Shown here piece by piece: positions 57,057-64,000 of a stretch of 64,000 bases of DNA; position 1 is the stretch's first letter; every line of letters starts with the position of its first letter. The DNA lies in the IMG/VR virus record IMGVR_UViG_2595698834_000001, positions 1 to 64,000 of that record; one strand, 5' to 3'. This stretch comes from a virus. Taxonomy: Duplodnaviria > Caudoviricetes. Below the pieces are notes generated by a model that was not told where the DNA came from, searched no databases, and saw nothing but the letters and a program-made list of their open reading frames with translations. The position numbers and the translations under genes are program-made.

Positions 57057-57636
57057 CCTCTTTCACTCCTTTTGTCAGCTCTTTCAGCTCTCGTCTTAAC
57101 ATGAAAAGTTCTCTGTTAGCTTGTGTCAGTTGTCGTGAATTTTCTAAGTAATCTCGCTCATATCGGTCTCTTGACCGCTTCATGTGCAAGTATAAGTTAA
57201 CATCTTCGCTGTCGTATATTTTGTCAGCGTCTCTTGAAAGTGAGCGGATGAAAGAGTTCTTAAGAATGCTTTCATCCACCGCCAGTTCCTGCTTACGTGC
57301 TGCTTTTACGTTCCTGTTACCAAGGTATACTCCGATATGCTTAGGAATCTGATCTTTGACCTTCTCGTACAGTTTCCCGTCTTGAGGAAATACAAAGTAG
57401 TTGTAATGACCTACGAAACTCTTCTTTGCGGTAGACTTGAAGTCTGCGTACGAGACCTTAAGCTCGAAACATCTCCAAACTCCTTTAGAGTCGTAAGTCA
57501 TATAATCAACTCGCTCTTTGCCCATTCCATCTCTCTGAAAACCTATGGTTACCTCGAATCCACCAAACGTACCGATCTTGTTAAAAGCCTGTCGTATCTG
57601 CTGCTCTAACTTTGTAGTTTCCTCACTCTTAGCCAT
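57046..57636 (-). CDS. MmcB-like PD-(D/E)XK nuclease-fold protein
   Basis: FEV..RVDYM..FELKVSYADF..YNYFVFP..IGV. Confidence 0.7.
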   Translation of the reverse strand: MAKSEETTKLEQQIRQAFNKIGTFGGFEVTIGFQRDGMGKERVDYMTYDSKGVWRCFELKVSYADFKSTAKKSFVGHYNYFVFPQDGKLYEKVKDQIPKHIGVYLGNRNVKAARKQELAVDESILKNSFIRSLSRDADKIYDSEDVNLYLHMKRSRDRYERDYLENSRQLTQANRELFMLRRELKELTKGVKEDGM

Positions 57637-57719
57637 AATGTTTTAACCTCCTACAGACAACATAGCTGGTTTCCCGTATGGTCGTCATTTACATTTTCCA
57701 TGTTTCAAACTTCTCTTCA

Positions 57720-58124
57720 TTAATTAACTTCATTACTAGATTCCTCTTCTTCCCGGGTCTCTACTGTCTCTGCCCAAGTAATTTCTATTTGCCGTTCCGC
57801 TATCAGTTCGTTAGTAACGGCTGACGTGAGGTAGATGCTGCGTACATACTTTTTCTCTTGTGATAAAATTTCTGCTTCGCCTATGTTTAGCTCAAGTGAC
57901 AGAGCGGCTACTGCACTCTTTACTCTTTCTATTTCCTCGGAACTCGCATCTTTCGGAGGAGCAATACCGACCTGCTCAAGAAGTTCGTTAACTGATGTAT
58001 CGATAGCAACTTTCTCCGCTCTCTTTAGATCTTCCTTGAACTTCTCCATAGTAGTCCCTGTCTGATTACTTTCTTTACTTGACGGCGACCGAGTTAACGA
58101 TGGTTCGTCGACTAATCTTTTCAT
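57720..58124 (-). CDS. hypothetical protein
   Basis: ORF behind a promoter. Confidence 0.6.
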   Translation of the reverse strand: MKRLVDEPSLTRSPSSKESNQTGTTMEKFKEDLKRAEKVAIDTSVNELLEQVGIAPPKDASSEEIERVKSAVAALSLELNIGEAEILSQEKKYVRSIYLTSAVTNELIAERQIEITWAETVETREEEESSNEVN

Positions 58125-58249
58125 ATTCTCACCTTTGTCGTATTCCGAGTTGCTCAACGCTATCATCCTCTCTTCTATGGTACTACACCCTGTATTTTAC
58201 AGCATAATTACAGCTTTGTCAACAAAAAAAAGAAGGGAATCACCCCTTC

Positions 58250-59227
58250 TTATTCGTTAAAGTAAAAATCGTCGTCCTTGAGCGGTTCAACTGTAGCCTT
58301 CTTATACCCGTTCCCTTTTTGACTGAAGAAGTCGAATGACTTTGTTTTTGTGTTTAACCCGTTAAGAACGATAGGGTTAACATCCTCTTCTTCGAAGATT
58401 CCTTCGTAACCTATGTTGTTTAGAGCTTTGTTGCCATTATACCTAACAAACTTTTTAACATCCGTAGACAAACCTACAGCGTCGTACACATCAGCGGTGT
58501 ACTCTAACTCGTTTTCGTATAACGTTTGGAATAAGTCTAATGCGTAAGCATGAAGCTCTTTTTGTGTTTTAACATCTTGTTTGTTATAGATCTCTTGAGC
58601 CAGCATCCCGACGTAAGCTCCGTGAATCGCTTCATCACGGATTATGAGATTTATCACCTCTCCGGAGTTCATCAGTTTACCTTGCCCGTAGAAATATAAC
58701 GGGTAGTAGAAACCACTATAGAACAAGAAGCTTTCTAAGAAAACAGACGCAGTCATAGCCTTGAAAAGTGAGATGTCGTCGTCCTTTTGAATGTTGTTAT
58801 AGACATCGACAATAATTCTCGCTTTCTTTTGCAAGAACTTGTTGTTCTTTACCCATTCAAACACTTCTTTGATTTCCTCTGAGGAGGCAAGAGTTAGGAA
58901 GATATTAGAATAAGACTTTGCATGAACTGCGTTCTCCATCATACCCATAAAGCTAAGTACGGCTTTTCTTTGGTGCCCTTTCACATGCTCTGCAATGGTA
59001 GGCATTCCTGTATTACCTTGTTCTGTATCAAGTAGTGTAAGACCTGCTAGAACACGCATGTAAGTAAGTTTAACTTCCGGAGCAAGTGACTTCCAAACAA
59101 GTATGTCGCCGTTTAAAGCAATCTCTTCAGGTAGCCAAAACTGTTTTACATTTTGATTATAAAAAATTTGTGTAAAGTCATCGTCGTGATGAGACCAGTC
59201 CGCTGCTGTTAAAATTCTATCTGTCAT
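58250..59227 (-). CDS. nrdF: class Ib ribonucleotide reductase beta subunit
   Basis: [49 protein letters not shown]. Confidence 0.97.
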   Translation of the reverse strand: MTDRILTAADWSHHDDDFTQIFYNQNVKQFWLPEEIALNGDILVWKSLAPEVKLTYMRVLAGLTLLDTEQGNTGMPTIAEHVKGHQRKAVLSFMGMMENAVHAKSYSNIFLTLASSEEIKEVFEWVKNNKFLQKKARIIVDVYNNIQKDDDISLFKAMTASVFLESFLFYSGFYYPLYFYGQGKLMNSGEVINLIIRDEAIHGAYVGMLAQEIYNKQDVKTQKELHAYALDLFQTLYENELEYTADVYDAVGLSTDVKKFVRYNGNKALNNIGYEGIFEEEDVNPIVLNGLNTKTKSFDFFSQKGNGYKKATVEPLKDDDFYFNE

Positions 59228-59394
59228 TATTCTTCCTCCGCCAGTTCCTTATTCTTGTTGTACTCTTCTGTAATAGCTATTCTGAGTTCGTCAATCCAAC
59301 TTAAAACTTCTTCGTAACCTTCCTCGTTGTAGAGATATTCGCTATGGTAAAGGTTTGCTGCTATTTTAAGTGCTAACTCTTCTAGTGTAGTCAT
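59227..59394 (-). CDS. 55-aa acidic protein between nrdE and nrdF
   Basis: RBS AAGGAG; TAATG overlap with nrdF. Confidence 0.6.
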   Translation of the reverse strand: MTTLEELALKIAANLYHSEYLYNEEGYEEVLSWIDELRIAITEEYNKNKELAEEE

Positions 59395-59478
59395 GAAAAC
59401 TCTCCTTTTCGTAAGTCACTGAGTTGTGAGAGAGCCTAAAAGCCTTCTCTCCTTTGCTGTACGATACAGTGTTGCGAC

Positions 59479-60858
59479 CTAAACGGCACATGACAGACAT
59501 CCTTCTTGCCCCGTATCCTTGGTACGTGCGTAGTAAAGTGTTTTAATACCTTTATGGTGAGCATACAAGTCGATACGGTTAAGGTCACGAGTAGTCATCG
59601 TATCTTTAAGGAATAGTGTAAAGCTGATTCCTTGGTCAATGTGCTGCTGAATTGTTGCGATCATATCGACTACACGGAACATGTCCATGTCGTATGCTTC
59701 TTTGAAGAAGAACCAGTTTTGAGGAGACAACCCCGGCATCGGGTAGTAAGTCTTACTGTTTCCATATGTTCTTTCTTCGATCTTCTCCATGATCGGCATA
59801 ACCGAAGCCGTTGCCGATTGAACGTAAGAGATCGATCCAGTAGGGGCAATGCATAAACGGTAACTATGATACATGCCGCTCTTCTTAACTTTCTCCTTAA
59901 GATCTGCCCAGTCAGCTCTAGTCGGTAGCTTCATACCTTCAAAAAGATGCTTCACTTTGTCTGTAACGGGAAGGAAGTCGTTATCAAGGTATTTATCAAA
60001 GAACTCTCCAGTGTCGTATGTAGAGCCTTTAAAGCCCTCGTACGTCTCTCCTTGTTCTTTAGCAATCTCAGACGATCTCTCTACTGAGTAGTAGTTCACT
60101 GCTGCAAAGAATACATTTGCGAACTCTCTAGCTGTAGGGCTCTCATACGCAATGCCTTCAGTAGCTAAATACCCATGCAGGTTCATAGCACCAAGCCCAA
60201 TAGACTTCATAAGTTTGTTTCCTTGGTTTACTGCTGGAGCGTTTGTGATTTCAGTTGTTTGTGTGACTCGTGTTAAGGAGTCTGTTGCTAGCTTGACTGT
60301 CTTCTCAATGGATTTGTGTTTCATAACATTTAAGATGTTAAGTGATCCAAGGTTACAGGAGATGTCAATACCTAAGTCGTCTTCTTGTCCATAATCCGTG
60401 TAGCTAGACACTGTAGATGCCTGTAACACCTCTGAACAAAGGTTAGAGAATTTTACATGTGCGATATGGTTGTTTGCATGTTCTTTGTTTACGTTGTCTT
60501 GGAACATGATGTAAGGGTATCCGGATTCAGCACGAAGGATAGCCAGCTTCTCTAGTAGTTTACGAGGATTTAACGGCTCCTTACGAACTTTCGGGTTGTC
60601 TACGAGCTCGTCATACATTTCTCCGATGTCCATTTCATCGAGGTGGACTCCGTAAGCTTTGTATACTGAGTGTGGGTAGAACGTATATGCTTGTTTGTCC
60701 TCTCTAGCAAGCTCTACAAACTTGTCAGGAATTACTACTCCGATAGAGAGTGTTTTCGCACGTACATCTTCGTCAGCAGAAATTTTCTTAGTATCTAAGA
60801 AGTCATTAATATCAGGATGGAATACGTTTAAATATACACTCCCCGATCCTTGTCTTTG
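59479..60858 (-). CDS. nrdE: class Ib RNR alpha subunit, exon 2
   Basis: QRQGSGSVYLNVFHPD, SNLCSE, CNLGS, APTGS, TLYY, CLSCAV. Confidence 0.95.
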   Translation of the reverse strand, partial: QRQGSGSVYLNVFHPDINDFLDTKKISADEDVRAKTLSIGVVIPDKFVELAREDKQAYTFYPHSVYKAYGVHLDEMDIGEMYDELVDNPKVRKEPLNPRKLLEKLAILRAESGYPYIMFQDNVNKEHANNHIAHVKFSNLCSEVLQASTVSSYTDYGQEDDLGIDISCNLGSLNILNVMKHKSIEKTVKLATDSLTRVTQTTEITNAPAVNQGNKLMKSIGLGAMNLHGYLATEGIAYESPTAREFANVFFAAVNYYSVERSSEIAKEQGETYEGFKGSTYDTGEFFDKYLDNDFLPVTDKVKHLFEGMKLPTRADWADLKEKVKKSGMYHSYRLCIAPTGSISYVQSATASVMPIMEKIEERTYGNSKTYYPMPGLSPQNWFFFKEAYDMDMFRVVDMIATIQQHIDQGISFTLFLKDTMTTRDLNRIDLYAHHKGIKTLYYARTKDTGQEGCLSCAV

Positions 60859-61672
60859 CAGACTATTCGACTGGGTTCGCTACACCCAGCCCGTTCTCTG
60901 AGGAACTGCTCTGTGTTACCACAGAGATTAGACTATATCTTGGTCTTAGGCGTTACCCTAAGTACCTCTCCCATTTCCACCTGCTTAGGTGTACTCTACT
61001 CGGTTACTCACTCGTGTCCTCTCGACAGGAGCTTCCCTTTCGATAGTCGTTGCACGTTCAAGACAACTTTTTCGACTTATAGATGATCAATCCAGTCTCA
61101 ACAGCGTGGTCGTAGTTCTCTTTAACTGTGACCCATTCAAGATTGTCGATGTTGAAATTTGATTTGTCTCCATCAATATGATTCACTACAGGTTTTTTCT
61201 CTGGGTTTGGTATGAAGTATAAAGCAACCAATCTATGTACGTACTGCTCATACCTAATTCCGTCTTTAAATAGCGTTACTATAGGGTAATGACCTTTTCT
61301 AGTCTTAGGCTTAATCAGAGTGTTATCGGATAGTTTTACTATTTGGCTCCTATTCGTCACTCCGTAATTCGGAAACTCCTCTATAACCTTCAGTACCTCC
61401 TCTTCTTGGAGGGTGAATGGTATGGACGTTTTCCTTAGACCTAGTCGTCGTGCTCGGTGATTTATAACTTCCCGAGTCGTACCTAAGTGTTCTGCTATTT
61501 CTTTCTGAGTCATACTACTGTAGTTCTCGATAATAAAATTCTCATCTATGTCTACTTTGTTGTGTGGTTGTCTTGCTTCGCTCATGATTGTCCTCCTTTG
61601 TGTTTAATTAGGAGGAGGTTCCATGAATTAAAGAGATGATCGACCACTATCACTAGTGGAAGGAGCCAAAAA
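60859..61672 (-). mobile_element. group I intron in nrdE (QMG|QRQG site)
   Basis: Exon ends in U (GGT); R (GCAACGACUA) and S (AAGAUAUAGUCUA) elements; terminal G; splicing restores the frame. Confidence 0.92.
61058..61585 (-). CDS. intron-encoded HNH endonuclease (HTH plus NUMOD4-like plus HNH)
   Basis: YVHRLVA..FIPNP..VNHIDGDKSN..DNLEWVT..EN. Confidence 0.9.
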   Translation of the reverse strand: MSEARQPHNKVDIDENFIIENYSSMTQKEIAEHLGTTREVINHRARRLGLRKTSIPFTLQEEEVLKVIEEFPNYGVTNRSQIVKLSDNTLIKPKTRKGHYPIVTLFKDGIRYEQYVHRLVALYFIPNPEKKPVVNHIDGDKSNFNIDNLEWVTVKENYDHAVETGLIIYKSKKLS

Positions 61673-62398
61673 ACCCATCTGATCTGCATAGCGGAAAGCA
61701 TTGTCAAGAAGTTTCATTACTCCTACGACACCTTTAGTAGCGTTCTCTACGCCTTTAATGGCTTCCCCTTTAGCTCGAATCTTTGTCAAGTTGAGACTCA
61801 CGCCTCCGCCTAGTTTTGATAGCTGCATGGACATGTCAACAGCTTTAGAAATATCGTTCAGGGAATCGTTTACTTCCATCAAGAAGCAGCTTACAAGCTC
61901 CCCACGGCGTTTTCTACCTGCATTTAGGAATGTTGGAGTACTCGGTTGGTACTCTTGGTTTAGCAGCAACTCAACAAATTCTTTAGCTTTTTTAACGTCC
62001 CCATCAGAGAAGAATAGAGAGACGATAGCAATACGGTCTTCGTAGCGCTCAAGGATTCGTTTCTTATCATTTGTTTTAAGTGCATAGTCATTATAGAACT
62101 TAAACGCACTCATGAAGGAAGGGAAACGGAATTTCTTGCTATATGCTAGTTTAAATACGTCTTTAATTTCTTTAAAACTGTACTTAGAGAGAAATTCTTC
62201 TTCGTAGTAGTCATTCTCTATTAAGTAGTCTAGCTTCTCTCTGAGGTTGTGAAAGAACACTGTATTCTTGTTAATGTGGTCAACAAAATAGCTATGTACT
62301 GCTTCTTTATCCTTGTCGAACTGGAACTTCCCTTCTTTCTGAATCATAATCTCGTTGTTTAGTTCTACCCACTTAGGGATGCTATTCTCACTTGTCAA
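61673..62398 (-). CDS. nrdE: class Ib RNR alpha subunit, exon 1
   Basis: LNNEI, PSTPTFLNAG, VSCFL, GGGVSL, YADQMG. Confidence 0.95.
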
Positions 62399-62759
62399 TT
62401 TTCTTGACCTCCTGTATAAGTTTATCTAGGTCGGTTCGTGTTCCGCTCATCTCGAATTTAAGTAGCAACGGAACATTATATGCAGCTGCAAGAGTGTCCC
62501 CAGCAAGACCGAAGGATGTCCCCCAGTTCCGGTTACCGCTAACAGCTACGCCTAGAAGATGTTTATGGTTTTGTTTGATGAAAGATTCTGTGATAACGGG
62601 TACTTGTCCAAAGCCTGTCGTGTATGTTATGTGAACAAAAGGTTCGTTTACAACGTCTAACTCTGTATGTATTTCCTGTAACCGAATATCGTATGTGTCT
62701 TGTAGCTTCCTTGCGAATCGTCTTACATTGCCTGTTTTGCTTTCGTAAGTGATTATCAA
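62388..62759 (-). CDS. nrdI: NrdI flavodoxin
   Basis: YESKTGNVRRF, TYTTGFGQVP, SGNRNWG, FEMSGT. Confidence 0.95.
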   Translation of the reverse strand: MIITYESKTGNVRRFARKLQDTYDIRLQEIHTELDVVNEPFVHITYTTGFGQVPVITESFIKQNHKHLLGVAVSGNRNWGTSFGLAGDTLAAAYNVPLLLKFEMSGTRTDLDKLIQEVKKIDK

Positions 62760-62900
62760 TTTCCACCCTCCTATACTATATGTTGTGTAAAGAAGGCTAC
62801 ATATACATTATAACATATAATATAGGGGGTCTGTAAAGAGAAAAACAACTTTTATATAAAAACTACCTACACAGCTTACTCTTGTAGGTAGTTAAAGAAA

Positions 62901-63449
62901 TTATTGGTTATCTTTAGAACACTCTCTCAGCTGATCTTGCAGTTCCCAAAAGGCTTGTTGATAGTTTTTAATCTTCTTTTTAAGGTCTTTTGGAACACTT
63001 GACTCGTTTCTAAGTACTGTGGCTGCGAGTGACATGCTATGAGACGCCTCTCCTAGAAAAGCAAGAGCTTGGTAAACATAGTCATTTTCTCTACCGAGTG
63101 CCTTAAATTTGTCTGTTTGAAACACATCCTCTGCAACCTCATTAACCCAGTCCTTAAATTCCTGTTCTTCTTTGACCTTTTCTAACTCTTCTACTGGAAT
63201 GTTCATCTCTTGAACAACCTTGTCAAACTCCTGCTGCGTCATGTTGTTAGGTTGAAAGCGATCAAGCACAATAGAGAAGGGATAGAGATAGTTCTCTAAA
63301 ATGTCCTCTCCATCTTCCCTATTGCGTATAGTTCCTGTAACGTTTCTGAGGTAGTCTTCCCTAGTCATATTGTGATGAGTAGGACAGCCCACAGTAGTCG
63401 AAAATCTACAATATAGCCCGTTTGGTTGTTGTGCGATAAAAGCGCCCAT
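62901..63449 (-). CDS. hypothetical protein
   Basis: QQPNGLYCRFST..CPTH.NMT motif common in phages; RBS. Confidence 0.75.
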   Translation of the reverse strand: MGAFIAQQPNGLYCRFSTTVGCPTHHNMTREDYLRNVTGTIRNREDGEDILENYLYPFSIVLDRFQPNNMTQQEFDKVVQEMNIPVEELEKVKEEQEFKDWVNEVAEDVFQTDKFKALGRENDYVYQALAFLGEASHSMSLAATVLRNESSVPKDLKKKIKNYQQAFWELQDQLRECSKDNQ

Positions 63450-63461
63450 ATGCTTTCCTCC

Positions 63462-63815
63462 TTATTGGTTACGTTTTCGTAGTCCCCTACGGTAAGCCAC
63501 AACAGCAGGTTCGGTACGACTACGTTTGGCAACAAAATCGTAATTACTAAACCATTTCTCAAAATGTTTTTTATCTACCTCATTCGGGTTAGGGTTAAGT
63601 CCGTTTAAAAGTCTCATTACCTTTAAGCTATAGGTGGTCGGTAAGAAAGCAGGATGCCCTTTCTTAGTGTAGACACGGAATCCGCAAATGTCCGTCGATC
63701 TTTTATATCCTTTAGCTTTAAGAATAGCTCTCATTCGTGGTTTTTTCATTAGATTAAACCCTCCAATTGTAATTCTCTTTTTAGGTCTAGAAGACATTCC
63801 GCTCCTATATCCCAT
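63462..63815 (-). CDS. basic hypothetical protein
   Basis: ORF track. Confidence 0.6.
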   Translation of the reverse strand: MGYRSGMSSRPKKRITIGGFNLMKKPRMRAILKAKGYKRSTDICGFRVYTKKGHPAFLPTTYSLKVMRLLNGLNPNPNEVDKKHFEKWFSNYDFVAKRSRTEPAVVAYRRGLRKRNQ

Positions 63816-64000
63816 ATGTCCTCTTTTGAGTCATCGATAAAATCATTAAGTACTTCTTCAATGGTGCGTTTTACATCGTATTGCTCGGTGACAAGCAATT
63901 CAGCGAATTCATCAAAAGGCACCTCATTTAGTGGCTCATACACGCCAACAAATTTACCATGATCTCTAGTTAAGAAAGCTAACTGATTTTTTAATTTTTC

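Noticed and set aside
1-64000. tRNA or rRNA genes; named anti-defence genes (Tad, Gad, Acr)
   Set aside because: No cloverleaf or rRNA signature was noticed by eye, and no confident match to those proteins could be made without a search.

Overview
This window is about 64 kb of a large SPO1/Twort-like Bacillus myovirus (Herelleviridae, probably Bastillevirinae; this assignment is inferred from gene content and order). Almost all genes lie on the minus strand. From 1 to about 13.7 kb is an early/host-takeover region, probably including a genome end. It is built from tandem cassettes, each with a sigmaA-type promoter, an RBS and a small acidic gene. Many of these promoters carry a TTGAC-N5-GTCAA palindrome over the -35 box. 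The cassettes include an Ocr-like DNA mimic, two paralog families, two wHTH proteins and unannotated Cys-rich microproteins. From 21.0 to 27.4 kb is a compact module: a ParM-like actin, a ParR-like protein, a parC-like site, an M23 peptidase, a VirB2/pilin-like protein, a VirB6-like membrane protein and an FtsK/SpoIIIE ATPase. It has no VirB4 or relaxase, and it contains a sigmaG-type promoter driving a small antisense ORF. Two sporulation-type sigma factors lie nearby at 31.4-32.9 kb. I consider this module the best candidate for an undescribed system, possibly phage DNA segregation or translocation into the forespore or a neighbouring cell. From 36 to 64 kb are conserved core genes: phosphoesterases, holin, late sigma, RecA, SSB, UvsY-like protein, DNA polymerase, HU-like protein and nrdI-nrdE-nrdF. 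The polymerase and nrdE genes are each split by a group I intron encoding an HNH endonuclease. All calls were made by eye without database searches. Several apparent frameshifts fall in homopolymer runs and may be sequencing errors.
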